Part shown: one piece after another, positions 55,824 through 64,000 of the stretch
Layout: each line of letters opens with the position of its first letter
Position numbering within the stretch: position 1 is the first letter of the stretch
From: an uncultured Candidatus Saccharibacteria bacterium
GTDB lineage: Bacteria > Patescibacteriota > Minisyncoccia > Phycocordibacterales > CAIZLB01
Direction: 5' to 3'
DNA: 64,000 nucleotides
NCBI GenBank assembly: GCA_964607805.1
Contig: CAZSLF010000003.1
Coordinates: forward strand, 3,190 to 67,189
Notes under the pieces: model-generated
What the model was told of the DNA's origin: nothing
Database searches by the model: none
The model's input: only the letters and a program-made list of their open reading frames with translations
Translations under genes and position numbers: made by a program

Positions 55824-57476
55824 ATGTCTGAGAACGAGCTATTACCCATTTCTCAAAAAAAATTGCTTACATCTAATATGTTCGATGAATATTATGATGC
55901 CAAGCTTCACAAAAAAGCTAATCCTGAATTACGTTTTATTGAAAGAGTAAAGAAAAATTTGAGTGATTCTGATTGCAAACATATTCATATAATTGGAGTT
56001 TGCGGAACTGCCATGGGAACTTTCGCACTTATGCTGCGAGATAAAGGATTTCATGTCTCTGGTTCCGACGTGTCTTTCTGGCCACCGATGGGTCCGCTTC
56101 TACAATCAAGTGGCGTAGAAATTTTAGAAGGTTGGAGCGCTGATCATATTAGTGACGCTGTTAATTTAGTTGTGGTGGGCAATGCTTGTGGTCCAACTCA
56201 TATCGAAGTTATTGCTGCAATTGAAAAAAAGAAGCCGCTCATGTCTATGCCTGAAATTATGGGAGATTTTTTTGTAAATGGAAATTCTGGCATTGAAAAT
56301 AATAATACTCGCGAATCTTTAGTGGTTGCAGGAACTCACGGAAAAACAACAACATCTGGATTGCTGGCATATACTCTTTCAGCGATTGATTGTGATCCGA
56401 CATATTTAATTGGTGGTGTTATGCAAACTCCAATTAGCAAAGATGGTTTGAAAGGAAAGGAAGGGACGAGTCATCATGTTGGCAATGGAAAATATGTAGT
56501 TTTTGAAGGAGATGAATATGACACTTCTTTTTTCGATGCACGACCTAAATTTCTTCATTATCATCCTTCATATTCAATTATTACTTCTGTTGAATGGGAC
56601 CATGTTGATATATATGAAAGTATTGAAGAATATACAAAAGCATTTGAGCATCTTATTGAAGTGACGAAAAAAGGATTGGTTGTTTCAAATACATATCCAT
56701 TGCTCAATAAATTAATTGGAGATGCAAAGAAGAATGGAAAAATTCAGGCAAATGTTTTGGTTTATGGAATAGACGGGGATGTGGATTTGAAACCCATTTT
56801 CAAAGAGACAACTCCGATTGGTCAAAAATTTGAATTAATTTTCAAAGGAGAAAGTTTTGGTGAATATATTACGCCAATGTTTGGTGAGTACAATGTTTTA
56901 AACACTGTTGCAGTGCTCGGTCTCATGCATCAAGCTGGAATTGATATTCGTGAACAAAAAGTGCGTGATGCAATTGCGAGTTTTCCAGGTATGAAGCGTA
57001 GACAAGAAGTTGTGGCTGAAATTACTGGAGAAAATAATGGAAGGGAGAGTAGTGAAAATATTACAATTATCGACGACTTCGCACATCATCCAACCGCGGT
57101 TGCTGAAACTCTCAAAGGAATTCATATTCGATATCCAGGAAGAAGGATTGTTGCGCTTTTTGAGCCGCGATCGAGTACGAGTCGAAGAAAAACATTTGAA
57201 CATACATATCCGCACGCTCTCGCAGGCGCAGATATTGTTGGAATAAAAATACCTCCATATAAAGCAGAAGTGGATGCTGGTAAAGATTTGCTAGATCCTG
57301 AAATCGTAAAAAAAGAAACTGAAGCTTTGGGTAAAAAAGTTTTGTTGGCAGAGACGACTGTGGAATTGGTGGATATGTTCATAAACGAGATTCAAGATGG
57401 AGATGTGATTGTAGTTATGAGCAATGGAGCTTTTGATGGCATACACAATATGCTAGCTGAAAAATTAGGGAAATAG
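55824..57476 (+). CDS. mpl: UDP-N-acetylmuramate:L-alanyl-gamma-D-glutamyl-meso-diaminopimelate ligase (Mpl-type Mur ligase)
   Basis: IHIIGVCGTAMGTFALMLRDKGFHVSGSD, AGTHGKTTT, EGDEYDTSFFD, DDFAHHPTA, EPRSSTSRR and VMSNGAFDGIH parallel E. coli Mpl as recalled. Confidence 0.8.
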   Translation: MSENELLPISQKKLLTSNMFDEYYDAKLHKKANPELRFIERVKKNLSDSDCKHIHIIGVCGTAMGTFALMLRDKGFHVSGSDVSFWPPMGPLLQSSGVEILEGWSADHISDAVNLVVVGNACGPTHIEVIAAIEKKKPLMSMPEIMGDFFVNGNSGIENNNTRESLVVAGTHGKTTTSGLLAYTLSAIDCDPTYLIGGVMQTPISKDGLKGKEGTSHHVGNGKYVVFEGDEYDTSFFDARPKFLHYHPSYSIITSVEWDHVDIYESIEEYTKAFEHLIEVTKKGLVVSNTYPLLNKLIGDAKKNGKIQANVLVYGIDGDVDLKPIFKETTPIGQKFELIFKGESFGEYITPMFGEYNVLNTVAVLGLMHQAGIDIREQKVRDAIASFPGMKRRQEVVAEITGENNGRESSENITIIDDFAHHPTAVAETLKGIHIRYPGRRIVALFEPRSSTSRRKTFEHTYPHALAGADIVGIKIPPYKAEVDAGKDLLDPEIVKKETEALGKKVLLAETTVELVDMFINEIQDGDVIVVMSNGAFDGIHNMLAEKLGK

Positions 57477-57520
57477 CCTTAACAAGAGCAGTTTTTCTGC
57501 TATAGTAAGGCCCAACTCCG

Positions 57521-59329
57521 ATGAAACTCAACCAAATCCGAAATTTTAGTATTATCGCGCATATCGACCACGGCAAGTCGACGCTTGCCGACCGTATGCT
57601 TGAAATTACGCATACAATTGAAAAGCGAAAGATGATGAATCAAGTGCTCGACAGCATGGAGCTTGAACGTGAGAAGGGGATTACGATCAAGATGCGACCA
57701 GTTCAGATGAAATATAAATCTGATGCAGGTGAAGAATTCGAGCTCAATTTAATCGACACCCCAGGCCATATCGATTTTTCATATGAAGTATCTCGAGCTC
57801 TCAAAGCTGTTGAAGGTTGTATTCTTTTGGTAGATGCGACACAAGGTGTTCAGGCTCAAACACTTACAACTCTTCGTATGGCACGCGAAACTGGTCTGAC
57901 TATTATTCCAGTTCTAAGTAAAGTTGATTCACCACTTGCAAGAATTGATGAAATGAAAAAACAAATGTCACGACTTCTAGATTGTGATCCAGGTACGATT
58001 ATGGAAACCTCAGGCAAAACTGGTCAAGGCGTACAAGCTCTTCTTGAAGAAATTATTATAAAAGTTCCAGCACCAAAAGAAGAAATTTTGGATTCAAATA
58101 GTTTGCGTGCTTTGGTTTTCGATTTTCAATATTCAAATCATAAAGGAGTAATTGTATATATTAGAGTAATGGAAGGCAGCGTCAAAAAAGGCGATGATCT
58201 TTTATTTAAAATCGCCAATGAAAAATTCCAAGCACTTGAAGTTGGAATTTTTACTCCTGATGAACAACCCATTGATCAATTAACAGCAGGAGAGACTGGA
58301 TATATTGTAACTGGAATTAAGCGACCGGGTATCGCTTCAGTGGGAGATACTATTACGCTTTTTAGAAAGCCACTCCCTGAACTTTTTGGATATATGAATC
58401 CAGCCCCTGTTGTTTGGGCTTCTGTATATCCTGAGGATGCAGACGACTTCGAACTATTAAAGCAAGCACTTGGAAGACTGCGATTATCTGACTCAGCTTT
58501 CTCACATGAAGAAGAATCATCAGGATCTCTTGGCCGAGGTTTTAGATGTGGATTTTTAGGTCTTCTTCATCTTGAAATTATTACTGAGCGCTTGAAACGA
58601 GAATTTAATTTGGATTTGGTAATTGCAACGCCGAGTATTACGTATGAAGTGGAGCTAAAAAACAACAAACATGTAACGGTATATTCACCTTCTCTTTTTC
58701 CAGATGATGGAAATGTAGTAAGCGTGCAAGAACCTTGGATGACTCTGCAGATCATTTCTCCTTCTGAATATACAGGTGCTGTATATCAACTTTTATACGA
58801 TCATGAAGGTGAATTGGTTGATTCTGAAACTTTTGGAGACGGACGAACAAGCCTTACTATCAAGATGCCACTTCGCGAACTTATGCGAAACTTTTTCGAC
58901 GAGCTTAAAAGTATTTCTTCAGGATATGCTTCTCTTAGTTATGAATTCGAATCTTTGAGAAAAGCCGATGTGACTCGTATGGATATTTTAGTTGCTGAAG
59001 AACCTGTTGAAGCCTTCACTCGTGTGGTTGCACAACGTCGCGCAGATGAAGAAGCTAACAAAGCAGTTGATAGATTGGAAGCGATTTTACCTCGTCAGAT
59101 GTTTGCCACAAAAATTCAAGCTCGGGCTAATGGCCGAATCATTGCCTCTCGAACTCTCTCTGCTATGCGAAAAGATGTAACCGGCCACCTATATGGAGGA
59201 GATGTTACTCGAAAGAATAAATTGCTAGACAAGCAAAAGAAAGGAAAAAAGAAAATGAAAGAGCGAGGAGTAGGGAAGGTAAATATTTCGCATGAAGTAT
59301 TCCTTAAAATGATGAAGACGGGAGAGTAG
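57521..59329 (+). CDS. lepA: translation elongation factor 4 (LepA)
   Basis: IRNFSIIAHIDHGKSTLADR, DTPGHIDF, SKVD. The LepA-specific C-terminal domain is present. 602 aa. Confidence 0.93.
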   Translation: MKLNQIRNFSIIAHIDHGKSTLADRMLEITHTIEKRKMMNQVLDSMELEREKGITIKMRPVQMKYKSDAGEEFELNLIDTPGHIDFSYEVSRALKAVEGCILLVDATQGVQAQTLTTLRMARETGLTIIPVLSKVDSPLARIDEMKKQMSRLLDCDPGTIMETSGKTGQGVQALLEEIIIKVPAPKEEILDSNSLRALVFDFQYSNHKGVIVYIRVMEGSVKKGDDLLFKIANEKFQALEVGIFTPDEQPIDQLTAGETGYIVTGIKRPGIASVGDTITLFRKPLPELFGYMNPAPVVWASVYPEDADDFELLKQALGRLRLSDSAFSHEEESSGSLGRGFRCGFLGLLHLEIITERLKREFNLDLVIATPSITYEVELKNNKHVTVYSPSLFPDDGNVVSVQEPWMTLQIISPSEYTGAVYQLLYDHEGELVDSETFGDGRTSLTIKMPLRELMRNFFDELKSISSGYASLSYEFESLRKADVTRMDILVAEEPVEAFTRVVAQRRADEEANKAVDRLEAILPRQMFATKIQARANGRIIASRTLSAMRKDVTGHLYGGDVTRKNKLLDKQKKGKKKMKERGVGKVNISHEVFLKMMKTGE

Positions 59330-59340
59330 GGAAAATGAAA

Positions 59341-59374
59341 ATCGCCACACGGGGGGGTGTGGCGATCGATTTTA
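59341..59374. terminator. bidirectional intrinsic terminator
   Basis: ATCGCCACAC-GGGGG-GTGTGGCGAT, with an A-rich tract before and TTTT after. Lies between convergent lepA and the 59395-59979 ORF. Confidence 0.75.
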
Positions 59375-59394
59375 ACTTTGCCGGCATGAGATCG

Positions 59395-59979
59395 CTAGAG
59401 CATCTTTTGCCAATCGTATAGAGTAATTAGTTTCCGCTCCAGATTGGTTCCCTTGCTCGGGTCTATGCAGATTTGTGCCAATCTTCTGTCGATTAATGCT
59501 AGCCCTCCATTCCCATTTGATGGAGGAAAACAAAAATTGATTAGCAGGGATAGAAGTGGGCAATCTTTAGATAACTCTACACTGTCTGGAAGTATTCCAA
59601 GCACAGGAAAGAGATCAATCATTATAGAAAGCTTGCCTCCAAGCCTCTCTCTGCACTCGAGAATTGTTTTTAGATCGTTGTTCTTGCGCGCAACACGCAT
59701 GCAGTCTCGAAGATTCTTTTCTGTTACTGTGACATTTGCAAATACTGCAACTTCGAGGGCGGTGTTTAAATCACCATTAAAAATCGCGTGTATAAACAAA
59801 AGTTGGTAAGCCTCCTGTTTTGGTCGTTGGCCCTTCGCAGCGGTTTTGGAATCAGGTGGCATCTGTGAGATGATCGTTCGCGCTTTTGGAAGCTTTTTGT
59901 TATCCAGTGCATGCAGAAGCTGCTTTTCGAGCGACATAGGAGTTCTGGGACGAGGTTTCCGCCTTTTTTTACCAGCCAT
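59395..59979 (-). CDS. hypothetical protein with basic N-terminus
   Basis: 194-aa ORF (MAGKKRRKPRPR...). GC-rich relative to flanks. No recognisable domain. Confidence 0.5.
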   Translation of the reverse strand: MAGKKRRKPRPRTPMSLEKQLLHALDNKKLPKARTIISQMPPDSKTAAKGQRPKQEAYQLLFIHAIFNGDLNTALEVAVFANVTVTEKNLRDCMRVARKNNDLKTILECRERLGGKLSIMIDLFPVLGILPDSVELSKDCPLLSLLINFCFPPSNGNGGLALIDRRLAQICIDPSKGTNLERKLITLYDWQKML

Positions 59980-60125
59980 ATAGTAATGGAGTTGTGGGTG
60001 TGCGATCAGACAAAGAGCTGTCTGACATCTGGAAAAAAGAATACAACATTAACAAAGTTAGTCAATGTATCTGTAATAATTCAAAATAGGACTTTTAGTC
60101 CATGTTTATTCTTCGCTAAAATTGA

Positions 60126-60242
60126 CTAGAAATTCCCCGTCAAACCTGGAATATACAGCGCAATCATAGAAAGGATAATTAATACGACGAGCACGCCCCA
60201 AGCGAACTTTATTATTTTTTTGGCTTTTGGATCAAATAGCAT
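60126..60242 (-). CDS. possible 38-aa single-TM small protein
   Basis: ATG...TAG ORF MLFDPKAKKIIKFAWGVLVVLIILSMIALYIPGLTGNF, below the 60-aa track cutoff. TATAGT lies 16 nt upstream. Confidence 0.35.
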   Translation of the reverse strand: MLFDPKAKKIIKFAWGVLVVLIILSMIALYIPGLTGNF

Positions 60243-60337
60243 AAGTGGTTACTAGTGTACTATAATGTTTGTATATCAGCCAAGTAGGGCAGATTTCCAC
60301 ATTTTTCAATAAATTAATATAAATTATTCAACGAAGC

Positions 60338-60775
60338 ATGCGCGAATTTCAAGAAAAAGAAAAAATAAGAAGAAGATTATATTCGAAAACTTCAATTGTT
60401 ATTTTATTTATAATAATGGTCTTTGTTGCGCGTGGTGCAATTGGTTTATATTCCAAAGAAAAAACTAGTCGTTTCGAAGTAGAAAGACTTTCAAAACAAA
60501 AAGTGGAAATTGAGAATCGTCTCAAAACAGTTTCTAAACAAAATGAAATGTTGGCAACAACTCAAGGTATTGAATATGAGATACGTAATAAATTCGATGT
60601 TGTGAAAGAGGGCGAAGGCGTAATCGTCATAGTAGATAAGGAATTGCCGCCACCCCCTGAAGAAAAGAAAAGTTTCCTCAAGAAATTTTGGGGTTCTGTG
60701 AAAGGAGTTTTTGGAGCAGGTGATGAGGAGAAAAGTGAGCAAGCAGTCACTAAGCCAACTGAAAAAGGGGAGTAG
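60338..60775 (+). CDS. septum formation initiator (FtsB/DivIC-like) protein
   Basis: Short cytoplasmic tail, TM helix, coiled coil, then IEYEIRNKFDVVKEGEGVIVIVD, which resembles the DivIC C-terminal pattern. Confidence 0.65.
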   Translation: MREFQEKEKIRRRLYSKTSIVILFIIMVFVARGAIGLYSKEKTSRFEVERLSKQKVEIENRLKTVSKQNEMLATTQGIEYEIRNKFDVVKEGEGVIVIVDKELPPPPEEKKSFLKKFWGSVKGVFGAGDEEKSEQAVTKPTEKGE

Positions 60776-60879
60776 GTTTACCCAGTTTTTGTGGGTTTTT
60801 GACTCGCTTTTTGCCCGCTTCGACCCATTGACTTTTTGCATTAAATGTGTAAACTAATTATGTTCATTGATAGGCCTTG

Positions 60880-61350
60880 AGTAAGCATATCTTGGACCCG
60901 ATCCCCCGCTTAGGATCCCCGGCGCAGTTGTCATCGTTGGTATTACACCTCACTGAGTGGTGCACACACTGACACACACAATGACAACTGCGCCATAATT
61001 TCCAGGCTGTGGCTAGCGCAAGCGACGCTGACCCTGTGCCAGGAAACTGGCAGCCTCTGCCTGCAAAGCAAGTGCTGCTTGGCCAGACGGCCGGATCGCG
61101 GGTTTCTCGTTTAGGTTACCGTGACTCCGGCCGTCTGGCGCCGAATTTGCACTTAGGTGCAATTGCGCTATCAAGCGCAAAATTCAAAACACTCTGTTTG
61201 CTCGAAGTCGAGCATTCAAAAAGTTCTTTCAATCGAGCCTTTGGCTCAAACAGTTCTTCCGAGCTTTAAGCTCAATCAGTTCCTTTGTCTCTGTCGTGCG
61301 CGGTAGAGACACCATCCTATAACAGGGTCCATTTCGGACCCTGTTTTTTA
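60880..61350 (+). ncRNA. candidate large structured RNA of unknown class (GC-rich, ends in an intrinsic terminator)
   Basis: Perfect helices 60921-60934/60981-60994 (14 bp) and 61082-61094/61127-61139 (13 bp). GAAA-capped hairpin 61037-61052, at least 6 further hairpins, terminator 61321-61350. Possible promoter TTGACT-N16-TAAACT at 60828-60855. Confidence 0.45.
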
Positions 61351-61374
61351 TTTATATGATATATTGTCAAACAT

Positions 61375-62325
61375 ATGACCACTACTCATTCTCCTGAGGA
61401 AAAAGACGAGCTGCTAAAAAAAATTGCAGAAATTGAAGCAAGCATGAATATGCCGGATTTTTGGTCTGATCATGCGAAGGCGGAAGCAGCCACGAAAGAA
61501 TATCAAGAATTGAAAGATGAATTGGAAAATGGTCCACAAAAGAAAAAGGCAAATGCTGGTCCATATGATGCGGGTGGCGCAATTATAACAATATTTGCAG
61601 GGGCGGGCGGCGATGATTCAGAAGATTTCGCTGCTATGCTTTTTAATATGTATTCCAAATATATAGCGAAGAAAAATTGGTCTGCTGGAATAATTCATGA
61701 GCATGAAAATGATCATGGTGGCTATAGAAATATTTCTTTTGAGGTTAGCGGAAAAAATGCATACGGAACGCTTAAACATGAATCCGGTGTGCATCGCTTA
61801 GTTCGAATTTCTCCCTTCAATGCTAAACAACTTCGCCATACAAGTTTTGCAATGGTTGAAGTAATTCCGAAATTTGAGAAGAGTGCACTGACGGCACTTA
61901 ATATGGAAATTCCTGATGATGATCTGGAAATCACTTACGCACGAGCAGGTGGCCCTGGTGGGCAAAATGTAAACAAAAGAGAAACTGCAGTGCGTATTGT
62001 TCATAAGCCAACAAAAATTTCAGTTCATGCAAGCAACGAGCGATCGCAAGCTCAAAACAAAGAGCGAGCAATCGCAATTCTAAAAGCAAAAATTTATGCA
62101 CGTGAAGAAGAAGAGAGAATGGCAAAGGAAAAAGGAATGTATATATCGAAAACTACTGACGCTGAGTGGGGAAGTCAGATTCGCTCATATGTATTGCATC
62201 CATACAAGATGGTAAAAGATATTAGAACTGGTTATGAGACAAGTCAGGTAGATAAGGTGTTGGCGGGGGATTTAGATGAGTTGATTGAGGCGATGGAAAA
62301 CCTTAATACCGATTCTGTTTCGTGA
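61375..62325 (+). CDS. prfB: peptide chain release factor 2 (no programmed frameshift, shortened domain 1)
   Basis: SPF tripeptide (RISPFNA) and GGQ ([10 protein letters not shown]). 316 aa as a single ORF. Confidence 0.9.
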   Translation: MTTTHSPEEKDELLKKIAEIEASMNMPDFWSDHAKAEAATKEYQELKDELENGPQKKKANAGPYDAGGAIITIFAGAGGDDSEDFAAMLFNMYSKYIAKKNWSAGIIHEHENDHGGYRNISFEVSGKNAYGTLKHESGVHRLVRISPFNAKQLRHTSFAMVEVIPKFEKSALTALNMEIPDDDLEITYARAGGPGGQNVNKRETAVRIVHKPTKISVHASNERSQAQNKERAIAILKAKIYAREEEERMAKEKGMYISKTTDAEWGSQIRSYVLHPYKMVKDIRTGYETSQVDKVLAGDLDELIEAMENLNTDSVS

Positions 62326-62343
62326 AAATGCTATGATTAGGGT

Positions 62344-62763
62344 GTGAATAACTTTGTAAACAATACTTCTATGGAATCAACTTGGTACGAAACACTAATA
62401 AAACCGACATGGGCGCCACCTTCGTGGCTTTTTGGTCCGGTTTGGACTGTGTTGTACGTCATGATTGGTATTTCTTTTACCAGCGTACTTTTGCTTTATA
62501 TAAGAAAAGAGATTCGGTTTGGGGTGATATTGCCATTTATCCTAAATTTGATCTTTAATTTAGCTTTTACACCTATACAATTTGGACTTAAAAGCAATTT
62601 ACTAGCTGCAATCGATATTTTGCTAGTCTTGGGAACTTTAATTTGGGCAATGACCGTAATCTACAAGCACAAGCGATGGATTACATATATTCAGATTCCA
62701 TATTTGCTATGGGTGGCCTTCGCAACCGTATTACAGCTAACAATTACAACGATTAATTGGTAA
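62344..62763 (+). CDS. tspO: TspO/MBR family tryptophan-rich sensory protein
   Basis: WYETLIKPTWAPPSWLFGPVWTVLYVMIG with 5 TM helices. The track start is GTG; the ATG at 62371 is possible. Confidence 0.8.
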   Translation: MNNFVNNTSMESTWYETLIKPTWAPPSWLFGPVWTVLYVMIGISFTSVLLLYIRKEIRFGVILPFILNLIFNLAFTPIQFGLKSNLLAAIDILLVLGTLIWAMTVIYKHKRWITYIQIPYLLWVAFATVLQLTITTINW

Positions 62764-62857
62764 TTGCTAGCGCGCCCCGCTAATTTGCTGTTTTCAATCT
62801 ACGCCTGGCATCAGCTCCGTATTGCGCCTTTGCGCCATAGTTGGTAAAATCAAACAC

Positions 62858-63538
62858 ATGCTCCTACTAGAAAAAGTTACCAAGTTATACAACGATAATT
62901 CATTAGCCCTCGACGGTATTAGTCTACATATAAAACCAAAGGAATTTATCACGATTATCGGCCACTCTGGCGCCGGAAAATCGACTTTGCTCAAGATGAT
63001 TCTTGGAGAAGAGAAACCTACGGACGGTGCGGTGTATTTTGAGAATACAGATATTCATTCTCTAAAAAAACGAGAGGTAAATGACTATAGACGAAGAATT
63101 GGAACTGTTTTCCAAGACTTCCGACTTTTGCCTGATAAGACAGCATATGAAAATGTTGCTTTCGCTATGGAAGCTGCCGGCCGAACAGATGATGAAATCG
63201 CAGCCGATGTGCCCCATGTGCTCGAACTTGTAGACCTTGGACGAAAGTTACATAGTTTTCCGCATCAATTGTCAGGTGGGGAGAAGCAGCGTGTAGCAAT
63301 CGCACGTGCAATTGTAAACCAGCCCGATTTGATTATCGCCGACGAGCCAACTGGAAACTTAGATCCAGTGAATACATATGAAATTGTGCAGATTTTGAAA
63401 AAGATCAACGACCTCGGAACTACAATCCTTCTTACAACTCACAATACTGGTGTAGTCGATCATATTGGCAAGCGAGTTGTTTCTATGAAAAACGGTAAAA
63501 TTGCCCACGACAGCCATGAAGGGAAATATATAATTTAA
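62858..63538 (+). CDS. ftsE: cell division ATP-binding protein FtsE
   Basis: [11 protein letters not shown]..., [37 protein letters not shown]. Followed by ftsX. The ATG at 62858 is preferred to the upstream extension. Confidence 0.9.
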   Translation: MLLLEKVTKLYNDNSLALDGISLHIKPKEFITIIGHSGAGKSTLLKMILGEEKPTDGAVYFENTDIHSLKKREVNDYRRRIGTVFQDFRLLPDKTAYENVAFAMEAAGRTDDEIAADVPHVLELVDLGRKLHSFPHQLSGGEKQRVAIARAIVNQPDLIIADEPTGNLDPVNTYEIVQILKKINDLGTTILLTTHNTGVVDHIGKRVVSMKNGKIAHDSHEGKYII

Positions 63539-63546
63539 TTGCACAT

Positions 63547-64000
63547 ATGATAATCACTAAAATAAGAAGAACGTTGCGCGGAGGATTTATAAGTTTTTGG
63601 AGAAATGGCTATGTGTCGCTAGCATCGGTTTTGGTTATGACTGTGACTCTTTTTGTAATTTCATCTATGCTCCTTTTTGGTGCAATGCTTCAGTCAACAG
63701 TCGAGACAATTAAAAACAAGGTGGATATAAGTGTGTATTTTAGAATAGATGCAGCGGAGGCTGATATTGCTGTTTTGGAAAAGAGACTTGAGGCGCTGCC
63801 AGAGGTTGCTGAAGTTGAGTCATTTACAAGACAAGAAGCTTATGACAATTTTAGAGAAAGACATAAGGATGATAACTCTACTCTCGATGCACTAGACGAA
63901 ATCGGAGCAAATCCTTTCGGAGCGAGTTTTAATATAAAAGCGAAGGACCCTTCTCAATACGAAGCAATTGTAAAATTCATGGAAGCCGAGCAAAGTGCTT
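63547..64000 (+). CDS. ftsX: cell division permease-like protein FtsX (partial, runs off the window)
   Basis: Open frame from the ATG at 63547: MIITKIRRTLRGGFISFWRNGYVSLASVLVMTVTLF..., then a periplasmic domain (VYF...EVESFTRQEAYDNF). Position directly after ftsE. Confidence 0.8.
   Translation, partial: MIITKIRRTLRGGFISFWRNGYVSLASVLVMTVTLFVISSMLLFGAMLQSTVETIKNKVDISVYFRIDAAEADIAVLEKRLEALPEVAEVESFTRQEAYDNFRERHKDDNSTLDALDEIGANPFGASFNIKAKDPSQYEAIVKFMEAEQSA

Noticed and set aside
61009-61269. 86-aa ORF (GTG start) inside the GC-rich structured region
   Set aside because: The composition is dictated by the helices. There is no ATG start. Low-complexity SSSEL tail, no recognisable fold. Kept only as an alternative to be tested by RNAcode.
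60880-61350. Identification as tmRNA, RNase P RNA, SRP RNA, 6S RNA or a T-box leader
   Set aside because: The diagnostic cores are not found on either strand: GAGGAAAGUCC; the GGAA-capped helix 8 with AGCAGC; a T-arm GGUUCGA with 5'/3' acceptor pairing and an Ala-rich tag ORF; the T-box AGGGUGGNACCGCG.
61350-61400. Programmed +1 frameshift site of prfB
   Set aside because: No CUU UGA C motif or short upstream ORF is present. RF2 is encoded in one uninterrupted frame.

Overview
AT-rich bacterial chromosome segment whose gene content suggests a small-genome Patescibacteria/CPR-like organism; this is an inference from content only. The content includes many short membrane-anchored hypotheticals, a complete type IV pilus/competence cluster, an intron-containing tRNA, a LAGLIDADG endonuclease and few Shine-Dalgarno sites. 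Recognisable blocks: SWIB, ORF6N, ogt (1-3 kb). Accessory stretch of small hypotheticals bounded by two type-II tRNA-Ser genes (3-9.6 kb). comF-like, pilMNO-pilB-cheY-pilT-pilC, 2 pilins, pilD, 4 pseudopilins, ligA (9.6-25 kb). gatC-gatA (26-28 kb). 1362-aa surface protein and a GH17-GT2 glucan-synthase-like fusion (28-36 kb). tRNA cluster with a free-standing LAGLIDADG gene and a group I intron in tRNA-Asp (36-38 kb). gpmA and a UbiA/SDR/SMR/HAD/large-membrane-protein cluster (38-45 kb). Two-component system, typA, MarR and MacAB-like efflux, serine hydrolase, mpl, lepA (45-59 kb). ftsB-like, prfB, tspO, ftsE, ftsX (60-64 kb). Signals not explained by the genes: (1) six 31-nt hairpin palindromes with compensatory stem changes around and inside the ORF6N gene, plus a decayed relic between the response regulator and kinase genes; (2) a 101-nt GC-rich element duplicated beside both tRNA-Ser genes; (3) a roughly 470-nt GC-rich, helix-dense ORF-poor region ending in a terminator just upstream of prfB; (4) a tRNA-Ser-like gene with an ACU anticodon; (5) TGnTATAAT boxes 6-8 nt from start codons, suggesting leaderless mRNAs. 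No CRISPR array, rRNA, transposase or integrase was seen.
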